Shown piece by piece: positions 36,815 to 46,051 of a stretch of DNA of 64,000 bases. Origin of the DNA: a virus; the IMG/VR virus record IMGVR_UViG_3300013102_000030, positions 64,001 to 128,000 of that record; one strand, written 5' to 3'. The notes beneath the pieces are model-generated. The model saw nothing but the letters and a program-made list of their open reading frames with translations. It was not told where the DNA came from and did no database searches. Position 1 is the stretch's first letter; every line of letters starts with the position of its first letter. The translations under genes were made by a program, and so were the position numbers.

Positions 36815-38986
36815 TTGAAGATCGAAGTAAAAGAAGCTACAGTTCTCTCCAACGTTCCACAGGGAAACGTCACCGCAATGTCTATCTCGGTGGACGGCAT
36901 GGAACACATCATGTCCCTTCTGACCAACCTGTACAAGGACCCTGAACTCGCTGTCATCCGTGAGTACTACACAAACGCACTGGATGCTCACGTAGCAGCC
37001 GGAGTCACCGACAAGCACGTTCTGGTCACCCTCCCGTCTTGGGACTCCCCCACATACGTTGTACAGGACTTTGGCATCGGTATGTCTGAAGAAGACATCA
37101 AGAACATCTACGCACAGTACGGTGCCTCCACCAAACGCAACACCAACGATCAGGTTGGCGCTTTCGGTCTTGGATGCAAGTCCGCCCTCACCATTGCCAC
37201 TCAGTTCACCATCGTATCCGTCAAGGATGGCTGGAAGACCACCGCCCTGATTTCCAAGACGGAAACTGGTGTCAACACCATCAACATCATCAGCCGCATT
37301 GATACGTCTGAAGGTAACGGAACCACTGTCAAGATCCCTGTTCCGGATGACTACAGCTTCAACCGGAAGGCTGAGAAGTTCTTCCCGTTCTCTGCTCCGG
37401 GACTGGTCAAGGTCAACGGCAATGAACCGAAGTACGTTCTGGAAGGTCTGACAAAGGTCACCGACCCCAACGATCCAACCCGTGAAGTCTTCCTTCAGCC
37501 TGACACCTACGGAACCTCTTACCTTATCATGGGTAACGTTGGATATGCCCTGTCCGATGATGAAATCAAGTCCTCCCTTGCACGTCTGAAGCGTGAGCAC
37601 AGCCGACTCTTTCTCAACATGCCCAAGTACTTCCCAGTACCCATCGGATCTGTTGACCTTACTCCGTCCCGTGAAGGTCTGCGGTTCACTGAGAAGACCG
37701 AAGACCTTGTTGACGAACTGATCACCTTCATGCTTGACGATCTCGCCCGTATCGCACAGGAAGAGATTGACAACTCCACTAACCTAACCGAATTCTGGAA
37801 GGCTCAGGAGAAGTGGGGAAACCTGCTTGAGAAAGACAAGATGAACGTCTGGAAGGGCGAGCACGTTCCGGCATGGATCGATCTGGACAACGAAATGCGG
37901 ATCATTGAACGATCTGACTACTACGGCTCCAGCCACCAGACCACCAAGCGGTTCAACCTCAAGCGGGATTCCGAACGTATCCTTGTCACCGGCTTCTCTG
38001 CCGACCAGTACAAGCGCGTCAACTCCTACCTGACCCCCTACATGAAGGCTGTGGATCTGGACTCCGCTGTCTTCGTGATCACCGACGACACGGAACTGTT
38101 TACCAACAAGTGGATTCCATTCCTTGAAAAGGTGACAGTCGTCTCCGGTGATGATATCATTGCCAAGGGCAAGGAACAGCGCAAGAAGGATCGAGCGTCA
38201 GCTTCGTCCTCCGCAGGTCCGGTCACTCGTGAGAAGACCAAGTACCCTGTTGTCTTCCTTGACGATGAGAAGATCCGCTGGGTTCCCTCTGATGAGATCC
38301 CTGATGATACTCCGTACTTGATGCGTACCCACGTTTGGCAGAACAGTCATCTTGACAACTTCGTGAAGAACCTGTACTATTTTGATCTGAACACCGATAA
38401 GGATCTCAGCGCGGATCGAGTCAAGGCTTTTGAAGCCCTGACGAAATCTCGCACGATTATCCTGATGGGTGGCGGTCGATCAGAAACCACGCTGCTGTCT
38501 CGCGTTCCAACGACTTATCCTCTCGCGGATGATGCCAAGGCCGCAGCAGTTGATGTAAAGGCTCTGATCACTCCGGAAGTTCTGGCCCACTACTCTGTGA
38601 CCAAGAGTTCTTGGCAGCAGTTCCTTGACCGTGCTGGTCTCCGCAACAAGATCGACCGGATCAAGGACAAGAAAATCAAGGCAGTCATCATCCCTGAAGA
38701 AGCCACTCGTAAGGCTTACGACAAGGCAAAGGCTACCATCGATACACTCTCTTGGGCCATGATCAAGGGTGTTGAAATCCCGTCCATGGAACTCAACGAC
38801 ACCAAGGATTCCACCTTGGAACTGACCAAGAAGTACCCTCTGGTCGATGCCATCACCACATGGCAACTGAACGACAAGAGCCGTAACCATCTCATCACGT
38901 ACCTCAATGCTGTACACGATGAGACGGAAGCCGCGCTCGCGTCAAAGGTTCTACCGCCCATCCCGGCTGTACCTGCATCTGTCTGA
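36815..38986 (+). CDS. rIIA: RIIA-like protein (GHKL ATPase)
   Basis: IREYYTNALDA, DFGIGMS, GAFGLGCKS, LTPSREGL. Confidence 0.85.
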   Translation: MKIEVKEATVLSNVPQGNVTAMSISVDGMEHIMSLLTNLYKDPELAVIREYYTNALDAHVAAGVTDKHVLVTLPSWDSPTYVVQDFGIGMSEEDIKNIYAQYGASTKRNTNDQVGAFGLGCKSALTIATQFTIVSVKDGWKTTALISKTETGVNTINIISRIDTSEGNGTTVKIPVPDDYSFNRKAEKFFPFSAPGLVKVNGNEPKYVLEGLTKVTDPNDPTREVFLQPDTYGTSYLIMGNVGYALSDDEIKSSLARLKREHSRLFLNMPKYFPVPIGSVDLTPSREGLRFTEKTEDLVDELITFMLDDLARIAQEEIDNSTNLTEFWKAQEKWGNLLEKDKMNVWKGEHVPAWIDLDNEMRIIERSDYYGSSHQTTKRFNLKRDSERILVTGFSADQYKRVNSYLTPYMKAVDLDSAVFVITDDTELFTNKWIPFLEKVTVVSGDDIIAKGKEQRKKDRASASSSAGPVTREKTKYPVVFLDDEKIRWVPSDEIPDDTPYLMRTHVWQNSHLDNFVKNLYYFDLNTDKDLSADRVKAFEALTKSRTIILMGGGRSETTLLSRVPTTYPLADDAKAAAVDVKALITPEVLAHYSVTKSSWQQFLDRAGLRNKIDRIKDKKIKAVIIPEEATRKAYDKAKATIDTLSWAMIKGVEIPSMELNDTKDSTLELTKKYPLVDAITTWQLNDKSRNHLITYLNAVHDETEAALASKVLPPIPAVPASV

Positions 38987-39014
38987 ATTACAAACAACTG
39001 AAAGGCAATACTAG

Positions 39015-39971
39015 ATGACATTGTTTTCCCTCTCCGAAGACCGCAAGGGCAAGACTCTTACGATCTTCTTTGACAACGGAGACTGTGAGCCGATCCCGGA
39101 ATCTCACGTCAACTTCAAGAAGATCCTTGGAATGTGGCTTGAAGGTGGCAAGATCGATGACACCGAAGTCCGAGAACTGACAAAGATCATGGAGACGGTT
39201 GCCAAGAAGCTTGCCGTCCTGTCCGAGCGTATCACTGTGGACTCCGATGGAGTGTACTTTGATGGTGATCCGCTCAACGGTGAAGTCTCCGAACTGATCA
39301 AGAACGCGTACCTGAACGACGAAGAGCTTCAGGTTGGCTCTCTGGTCAACTTCATTGAGAAGGCTATGACCAACCCGTCCCTGAAGTCGCTGGATGATCT
39401 CTACCGCTGGATCAAGAACGGTGACTTGGTCATCGATCCTGACGGTGATATCCTTGCCTACAAGGGCACCGTCCTGAACTCCAAGGGCATCCCTGAGTCG
39501 GTCCACTCCGGTACGGCATTCGTCAACGGTGAGAAGATCACCGGCAAGATCCCGAACGTCGCTGGAACCACCATCACCATGCCGCGCTCCAATGTCAACG
39601 ACAACGAAGCCATTGCATGCTCCACAGGTCTGCACGCTGGTACGTACCGCTACGCCTCCAGCTTCGCTCAGCACTTGATTCAGGTCAAGATCAACCCTCG
39701 TGACGTTGTGTCTGTCCCGAAGGATGCCCGTGACCAGAAGATGCGTGTCTCCCGGTACATCGTACTGGACAAGATCACCGAGCGCGTCAAGACGACCTTT
39801 GCCAAGGCTCCTGTAGCCGTCAAGGAGATCTCCGAGACCAAGAGTGAGATCAAGACCGAGAAGCCTGCTGTACCCGCAGCAGAACGCATTGGAGCCGTCC
39901 GTGACTCCAAGGGCCGCTTCATCAAGGGAGCCAAGGTTCCCCGTGACGAGAAGGGACGGTTCATCCGATGA
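39015..39971 (+). CDS. rIIB: RIIB-like protein
   Basis: NPS, DGDILAYK, MPR, CSTGLH, KINPRDVVSVP; C-terminal RDxKGRF repeats. Confidence 0.88.
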   Translation: MTLFSLSEDRKGKTLTIFFDNGDCEPIPESHVNFKKILGMWLEGGKIDDTEVRELTKIMETVAKKLAVLSERITVDSDGVYFDGDPLNGEVSELIKNAYLNDEELQVGSLVNFIEKAMTNPSLKSLDDLYRWIKNGDLVIDPDGDILAYKGTVLNSKGIPESVHSGTAFVNGEKITGKIPNVAGTTITMPRSNVNDNEAIACSTGLHAGTYRYASSFAQHLIQVKINPRDVVSVPKDARDQKMRVSRYIVLDKITERVKTTFAKAPVAVKEISETKSEIKTEKPAVPAAERIGAVRDSKGRFIKGAKVPRDEKGRFIR

Positions 39972-40189
39972 GCCAGAATACAGAAACCTCTAGCAAGAGT
40001 GGCATCGGCTTTGTCGGCCTGCTGACTCTGCTCTTCATCGGCCTCAAGCTGGCCGGTATCGGTGTGGTTGCAACATGGTCTTGGTGGTGGGTTCTTTCCC
40101 CAATCTGGATCACATTCTCCCTTGTGTTTGTGATTGCACTTGTTGCATTCATCATCTTGGGCATTGCGTTCCTCATCAAAAATAAGTAG
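39968..40189 (+). CDS. Membrane protein
   Basis: LKLAG...WSWWWVLSPIW; two transmembrane segments. Confidence 0.75.
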   Translation: MSQNTETSSKSGIGFVGLLTLLFIGLKLAGIGVVATWSWWWVLSPIWITFSLVFVIALVAFIILGIAFLIKNK

Positions 40190-40227
40190 TACAATAGGTT
40201 TACCGCTCCTCGGGGCGGTATTCCTTT

Positions 40228-40301
40228 GCCCTTGTAGCTCAGCAGGATAGAGCGTCCCTCTCCTAAAGGGAAGGCCACCAGTTCGAATCTGGTCAAGGGC
40301 A
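40228..40301 (+). tRNA. tRNA-Arg(CCT)
   Basis: TCCCT-CTCCTAA-AGGGA. Confidence 0.93.
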
Positions 40302-40362
40302 CGTGACAAAACAATTTGAAGATGATATAATGGTTTCATCAACAAGTTATGTCCGTTGAAAT

Positions 40363-40434
40363 GCTTCCTTAGCTCAGTGGTAGAGCGCATTCTTGGTAAG
40401 AATGAGGTCGCGGGATCGATTCCCGCAGGAAGCT
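40363..40434 (+). tRNA. tRNA-Thr(GGT)
   Basis: CATTC-TTGGTAA-GAATG; T-loop ATCGATT. Confidence 0.9.
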
Positions 40435-40441
40435 CTATGTT

Positions 40442-40554
40442 TCTGCGTCCCCCATGATGTTTTAGGCCGAGTGGGTACGTTGATAGACCTGAGTCCCCAT
40501 TTAGCGTCAACGCGCAAGGGCGAGGGTCCGTGGGTTCGAATCCCACACGCAGAG
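40442..40554 (+). ncRNA. tRNA-like RNA with expanded D and anticodon arms
   Basis: TCTGCGT/ACGCAGA acceptor plus canonical T-arm GTGGG-TTCGAAT-CCCAC; non-canonical interior. Confidence 0.6.
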
Positions 40555-40564
40555 ACATTGACCT

Positions 40565-40639
40565 GCGGGTATGGTCGAAAGGCAAGGCGGCTGACTGCAA
40601 ATCAGCAGAGTCCCGGTTCGATTCCGGGTTCCCGCTCCA
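40565..40639 (+). tRNA. tRNA-Cys(GCA)
   Basis: GCTGA-CTGCAAA-TCAGC; encoded CCA. Confidence 0.9.
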
Positions 40640-40663
40640 CTACGATTTTTGAAAGGACTGAAT

Positions 40664-41178
40664 ATGACAATCGCTACACTGCCAGTAAGGGTGCTCAATG
40701 CATCCTACGAAGACCTAGGACCGACTACGCTAGATCGTGCCATGGCGCTTGTCGAAGTTCAGGGCCGAGCAGAAATCATCATGGTTGACGAAACCAAGAC
40801 CATCCGAACAATGGGCGGACGAGAGTTCTTCCTGCCGAAGATGATTCGACTTCTCACATGAAAAAGGTTGATGTATATTGGGCACCGAAGACATGGTCCC
40901 GAGAAGGAGTAATCAAGCGAGACGGAGGTATCTGCGGATACTGTCTCAGCAGGAACGGTGACACTGTTGACCACATCCTAGCAAAGGATCTCGGTGGTAA
41001 GGGCGAATGGTTGAACACCATGGCCTGCTGCCTCAAATGCAACGGAGCCAAGTCCAACATGACTCTGGAAGCATGGGGAAAGCCCATCCTCCATGACATG
41101 AGCAAGGAGAGGGCTATCCCGAAGCAAATGTACTACCGGAGTGAATTCTCCAGACGCAAGCGTAAGAAGAACCACTAG
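40664..41178 (+). pseudogene. HNH endonuclease split into two ORFs (40664-40861 and 40858-41178)
   Basis: VLNASY...PKMIRL in ORF1; RDGGICGYC, TVDH, CLKCNGAK in ORF2. Confidence 0.7.
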
Positions 41179-41229
41179 ATTGTCCCGGTTACCCAGTAGC
41201 CGGGACTTTCTGTTGCCCAAAAGGTGATT

Positions 41230-41451
41230 ATGATAGACTATCTAAAATGGCTGTTCAATAGGAAATGCCAACACGAGAGAATCCGCTGCATTCACGGAGA
41301 CGAAATCATTCAGGCTGGATACAAGAGGGCGACATGCCTTGACTGCCCGAAGCTCTTTGATTCCCTGCCGGAGTATTGCTCCTTCACTCTGGAGAAGCAT
41401 CCGTCCTTTGTTGTCCCTGTGACACACACAATGGACCCTCACCACAAATAA
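41230..41451 (+). CDS. Small Cys/His-rich hypothetical protein
   Basis: AAGG RBS; CQH, CIHGDE, CLDC. Confidence 0.6.
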   Translation: MIDYLKWLFNRKCQHERIRCIHGDEIIQAGYKRATCLDCPKLFDSLPEYCSFTLEKHPSFVVPVTHTMDPHHK

Positions 41452-41484
41452 GAAGACCCCCTCCGAAGAGGGGGTCTTTCTTTT
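41451..41484. terminator. Bidirectional terminator between convergent genes
   Basis: AGAAGACCCCCT-CCGAAG-AGGGGGTCTTTCTTTT. Confidence 0.75.
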
Positions 41485-42904
41485 ACAATACTGTAAAGCT
41501 TTGGAGATCAAAGCCAATCTCAGAATCAATGACGAATGCCATCAATCCGGGATCGGAGTCAGATCCTGTCTTGTTGGCCCACCAGTCGGAGCCGTTGTCC
41601 AGCGTTGGAGTGGCGATCCAGTACTTCTGCTTACCAGTCTTGCGGGACCGGCCTGAAGGCTTTAGTCCTAGTGTATGGTAGTGAGCGGTGATCAGGATGT
41701 CTGATTCGGCAATCGGAGAGTTTCCGTGAACCTGCTTGGCCCACCAGTTCTCCATCTGCGCCAGCGAGGAGTCTTCACCGTGCACAAGGCCGATGCCAAG
41801 GCCCTGAACGTCGATATTGAGGCTCTTTTCCCAGTCTCCGGGGAATCGGAAGTCTACGTGCCCGTAAGCCTCTGGAGCGAGCTTGTACGCCTTCTGGATC
41901 TGCTTCAGGAGGAAGAGGCCCCAGTCGTCTGACGGACGGCCTAGAATGTCCTTGCCCTTTCGCCATGCTCCGTGATTGGAGGGAACTCCGGCTACGGTAA
42001 CCTTGTCGTGTGTACCGGCCAGCAGCGTGATAAACTCCTGCTCAAGCGTTCCCGCAAGGTCAAGCTGCTGCATGATGCTGAGGTCATTGGTGAATCCCTG
42101 CTGAGCGGTGTTTTCGAAGCTCTCAACAACGTCTCCACCATCAAGGAAGACCGCTTCAGAGCATCCTTGTTCTTCAATGTACTTGGCAAGCTTTTCCTTC
42201 TTCTCCATGACTCGCTCAATCAGAGCCTTGGAATCTCCACGGGAGCCGACCTTACCGGCCTGAAGATCCGAGAACGGAACAATTAGTGTACGGTTTGGGT
42301 TCTTGATCTTCTCAAGGGGACGGAGACCGTTGATGTTGATGGAGCGGTCACGGACTCCAATGGTGGAAGCGTAGGTTTTGACTTCTGCAAAGAGTGTAGT
42401 AAGGTCGAAGGTGTCAGGAGATTTCTTGCGGATGTTGAACTTGTAGTAGGAGAGCCAATCTCCACCGTACTGCTGCCACTGACGGACCTGTACAGTTTCA
42501 TTGAGAACTTCAAAGACTTCAGGATCGATCTTGAAGAAGCGCAGGATGTCGGAGAAGTCCTTCATATCCGGCTTGTTCTGAGCGGGGGAGACGATCTCAC
42601 CCTCATCACCAACAAGAGTGGCTTGAGGTTCCCATCCCTTAGGGGGTTTGACGACTCCCAGCAAAGGTGCTACGGTAGTTGTAGGAGTTCGGGGGATGCC
42701 AACAGGACTTGGAGCACAGTGCTTCCGGAAGTGGTTGGATACAGCGTCTGCCGAGATCTTCTCGTGGTTGTCTGTGATGTACTTGGCGAGAACGGTGTAA
42801 GGGGTTGCATCTTCTTCACGCCATGAATGAACAGCTTGAGACATGTCATGAGGCAGGTTGCACGTCACACACTGCTCTTCATATTTCGTAATGGGGTTTG
42901 TCAT
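41483..42904 (-). CDS. Calcineurin-like metallophosphoesterase with N-terminal Cys/His domain
   Basis: SDLQ, GDVVE, SNHG, VHG, AHYH; N-terminal CVTC...HFRKHC. Confidence 0.8.
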   Translation of the reverse strand: MTNPITKYEEQCVTCNLPHDMSQAVHSWREEDATPYTVLAKYITDNHEKISADAVSNHFRKHCAPSPVGIPRTPTTTVAPLLGVVKPPKGWEPQATLVGDEGEIVSPAQNKPDMKDFSDILRFFKIDPEVFEVLNETVQVRQWQQYGGDWLSYYKFNIRKKSPDTFDLTTLFAEVKTYASTIGVRDRSININGLRPLEKIKNPNRTLIVPFSDLQAGKVGSRGDSKALIERVMEKKEKLAKYIEEQGCSEAVFLDGGDVVESFENTAQQGFTNDLSIMQQLDLAGTLEQEFITLLAGTHDKVTVAGVPSNHGAWRKGKDILGRPSDDWGLFLLKQIQKAYKLAPEAYGHVDFRFPGDWEKSLNIDVQGLGIGLVHGEDSSLAQMENWWAKQVHGNSPIAESDILITAHYHTLGLKPSGRSRKTGKQKYWIATPTLDNGSDWWANKTGSDSDPGLMAFVIDSEIGFDLQSFTVL

Positions 42905-42967
42905 ACGGACCATTCTATCATATAGTACGGTTTTGCGTAAATCGGAGCGATATGATAAACTGTCGTC

Positions 42968-43360
42968 ATGACAATCACAACCCCTAAGCCAGAACGCGTC
43001 GAAATTCTCAACGAAGCCGCAGGTCTCATCGTAGGCCAGCGACAGGAGGACTACGGTACTCCCGAAGAGAACTTCCAGCGGATGGCTGATTACGCAAACA
43101 TTCACTTCAAGAAGAACCTTGAGAACAACATCCCCATCTCAGCGCGTCAGACCGCTGAGTACATGATCCTCCTCAAGATGGCCCGTACCATCAACAGCCC
43201 GACCCGCGACTCTTACGTGGACATCGGAGGCTACGCAGGCATTGCCGGTGAACTCGCCAAGAATGAAAAGACTGCAAAGCTCATCGTGGACGGCTCAATC
43301 CAGTTCATCCCCAACTCTGTCGCCAACACCGGCATCACTTCCGTGAAGGTTCAGGGCTAA
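42968..43360 (+). CDS. DUF6378-like protein
   Basis: RQEDYGTPEENF...LKMAR...DSYVDIGGYA. Confidence 0.75.
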   Translation: MTITTPKPERVEILNEAAGLIVGQRQEDYGTPEENFQRMADYANIHFKKNLENNIPISARQTAEYMILLKMARTINSPTRDSYVDIGGYAGIAGELAKNEKTAKLIVDGSIQFIPNSVANTGITSVKVQG

Positions 43361-43551
43361 TGCTGGGAAACTACCAGAAGTACGAAGTAAACGTCAAGTT
43401 CATCTACGAAGGTGAAGTCTTTCCCGGAGATCCGGATGATGTTTACCAGCTTGCAGAGCAGGAAAAATCCTTCATCCGTGGAGAACTGGACGCGCTGTTT
43501 GAAACAGCAGAGGTCAAGAGTCTCACCGTAACCCCTGTTATAGGAGAGTAA
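43360..43551 (+). CDS. Small hypothetical protein
   Basis: TAATG coupling at both ends. Confidence 0.65.
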   Translation: MLGNYQKYEVNVKFIYEGEVFPGDPDDVYQLAEQEKSFIRGELDALFETAEVKSLTVTPVIGE

Positions 43552-44609
43552 TGAAAGTACTTGGACTAGCCGCTGACAATGGGGGTTGCGGCTTTTATCG
43601 TCTCCGTGCTCCCGCTGAGGCAGCACTTGCCCTCGGTGTTGATATCACGATTGCAGACGGTATCGATGCAAAAGCCACCAAGTTTCCTGACGGCACGGTT
43701 CAAGTAGATGAACTCCACACGGACGCTGACCTTATCATAGTTCAGCGTCCGTTGGACAACTCAATGACCGCCATTATTGAACAGGCCAAGAAGCAAGGCA
43801 TTGCTACGATGGTGGAGCTTGATGACGACTTCTCCACCGTTCATACTCGAAACGTAGCGCATTCTTCCATCACTGGCAAGGCCACTCTTGGTAACCAGTG
43901 GGTAGAGAAAGCTGCTGCCACAGCGGATCACGTATCCATCTCCACTCCACAGCTTGCCAAGTACGCCCGTCATGGCCGATACTCAATCCTCAGGAACTGT
44001 GTCCCTGAGTCCATCTTTGATGTAGTCAACGTCAAGTCGGAAGGACAGAAGTGGCCCCGTATTGGCTGGTCAGGCACTGTCCAGACTCACCCGTTCGATC
44101 TTCAGGAGACCAAGGGACGAGTAGCTGACGTACTGGCCGAGAATGGTCTTCCATTCAACGTAATCGGTGACGGGCAACAGGTGGCAACGGCCCTCAGGCT
44201 CAAGCCTGATCATCCGGTCTATGCTACGGGATGGGTTCCAATCGAGCAGTACTACATGCATCTGTACTCTTTTGTTGACATCGGAATCGTTCCGTTGGAG
44301 ATCTCTCCCTTCAATCAGGCCAAGTCGGCTCTGAAGGGTCTTGAGTACGCTGCCCTTGGAATTCCGTTCGTAGCTTCTCCTACCCGCGAGTATGAGCGGC
44401 TGGCAGCTTACGGAATCGGTAAGATTGCACGCAATCCGGCTGAGTGGAAGAAGCACCTTCAGAGGATGATTGATCGTCCTGCTGAAACCGAAAGAATCGG
44501 CAAAGAGTCTCGTGATAGAATTAGAGCAGAACACACCTACCGTGTGAACGCTCCCCAGTGGATTGAAGCTTGGGAGAAAGCTATACACTATCGAAAGACC
44601 CAGCCATGA
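43551..44609 (+). CDS. GT-B glycosyltransferase
   Basis: GCGFYR, ELDDD, IGWSG, FNQAKSALKGLEYAALGIP. Confidence 0.85.
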   Translation: MKVLGLAADNGGCGFYRLRAPAEAALALGVDITIADGIDAKATKFPDGTVQVDELHTDADLIIVQRPLDNSMTAIIEQAKKQGIATMVELDDDFSTVHTRNVAHSSITGKATLGNQWVEKAAATADHVSISTPQLAKYARHGRYSILRNCVPESIFDVVNVKSEGQKWPRIGWSGTVQTHPFDLQETKGRVADVLAENGLPFNVIGDGQQVATALRLKPDHPVYATGWVPIEQYYMHLYSFVDIGIVPLEISPFNQAKSALKGLEYAALGIPFVASPTREYERLAAYGIGKIARNPAEWKKHLQRMIDRPAETERIGKESRDRIRAEHTYRVNAPQWIEAWEKAIHYRKTQP

Positions 44610-44854
44610 ATAAACCGCAACTAATCGCTGAGATCAACAAGCTTCCAGACAACGTTGAGTTTCTAGTCTCCAAAGATGCTGAGGGCAACGCCTTCTCACC
44701 ACTTGAAGCCTTCTCCCTTGAGTATGTGGATGAACTCGATTATGACTCCGGCATCATAGAAAACGTTTTCACGGAAGAGGATCTGCGGGAGGACTCAGAG
44801 GACGGCGAGATCCCTGACAACTTCAGGCTTGTAGCGGTCGCTTGGCGTAGGTAG
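44606..44854 (+). CDS. Small acidic hypothetical protein
   Basis: ATGA overlap; SKDAEGNAFSPL. Confidence 0.65.
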   Translation: MNKPQLIAEINKLPDNVEFLVSKDAEGNAFSPLEAFSLEYVDELDYDSGIIENVFTEEDLREDSEDGEIPDNFRLVAVAWRR

Positions 44855-44885
44855 TACCGGGCATCCAAAAGTTTTTCTCATAGTG

Positions 44886-44914
44886 TTGACAAGGTGAATT
44901 TCCTAAGACTATAG
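44886..44914 (+). promoter_or_regulatory. SigA-type promoter for the DUF932 gene
   Basis: TTGACA...TATAGT. Confidence 0.6.
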
Positions 44915-44964
44915 TAGAGGCATAAGCAAAAGAGCACACCACTACATAGCAAAGGAGATTCACC

Positions 44965-45975
44965 ATGGCACATGATCTGGATTTTGACGAACAGGGTAAC
45001 GCCCGTTTCTTCTCCGGAGAAGGAAAGACCCCTTGGCACAACGTTGGCAAGGTCATCTCGGGAGAGGCAACCGCTGAGGAAGCCCTGAAGCTCGCTGGAC
45101 TCGACTGGACGGTCAACCTCCGTCCCACGTACCACGAGATCCCGTCCAAGTACGACGACGAAGGCAACGTAGAGGAATGGAAGCTCGTCAAGATTCCAGA
45201 CCGCTTCTCCGCTGTCCGTGACATCGACAACAAGAGCCTCGGAATCGTTGGCAAGGGCTATCACGTCTACAACAACGTGGAGTCGTTCGCCTTCCTGAAC
45301 AACCTGACGGACACCGGTTCCGGAGACGCTGTCTTCTCGACCGCTGGTGCCCTGAACGGTGGCAAGTCGGTCTTCATGACCATGAGGATCGGTGACCGGT
45401 TCATGGTCGGTGATCAGGATGCTCACGATCTGTACATCATGGCAACCAACAGCCACGATGCCAAGCAGTCCTTCATCGTCTCCATCACTCAGATCCGGGC
45501 AGTCTGCCGGAACACGGTTACTCTCGGACTGGCAGCAGCCAAGACCAAGTGGAGCCTGCGGCATAAGATGTCGCTGGAAGGACGCGTACAGGATGCACGA
45601 GACATCCTGAAGATGTCCTTCAACTACGAGAAGGAGTTCCAGAAGCTCGTCTCTGAGATGATCGACATTGAGGTCAACAAGCAGAAGTTCTACGAGATCA
45701 TTGATGAATGCCTGCCTGAGTCTCCGCAGCAGCACACCAAGGACCTTGACGCGATCATGAACGTCTGGGAGAACGAAGAGACCTGCCGGATGGGCGGCGG
45801 TGACAAGGCCAACGGCTGGAGGGCCTTCAACGCAGTTACCTTCTGGACCGACAACGTCAAGGACTACCGCACCCCGGAGTCCAAGTTCAACTCCATCATC
45901 GGAGCCGGTGTCGGAACCGGTCTGGCTGAGAAGCTTCGCCCCGCAGTCCAGAAGCGGATCATGGCTCTGGCCTAA
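44965..45975 (+). CDS. DUF932 / LGT_TIGR03299-family protein
   Basis: PWH, AGLDWTV, TAGALNGG, NSHD, RAVCRNT, WRAFNAVT. Confidence 0.85.
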   Translation: MAHDLDFDEQGNARFFSGEGKTPWHNVGKVISGEATAEEALKLAGLDWTVNLRPTYHEIPSKYDDEGNVEEWKLVKIPDRFSAVRDIDNKSLGIVGKGYHVYNNVESFAFLNNLTDTGSGDAVFSTAGALNGGKSVFMTMRIGDRFMVGDQDAHDLYIMATNSHDAKQSFIVSITQIRAVCRNTVTLGLAAAKTKWSLRHKMSLEGRVQDARDILKMSFNYEKEFQKLVSEMIDIEVNKQKFYEIIDECLPESPQQHTKDLDAIMNVWENEETCRMGGGDKANGWRAFNAVTFWTDNVKDYRTPESKFNSIIGAGVGTGLAEKLRPAVQKRIMALA

Positions 45976-46051
45976 GAGTTGCGGAAATAACTAAACACTG
46001 GTAGGATGGGTCTAGAAATAGATCCATCCTACTACTGTATAAGGACCCATA

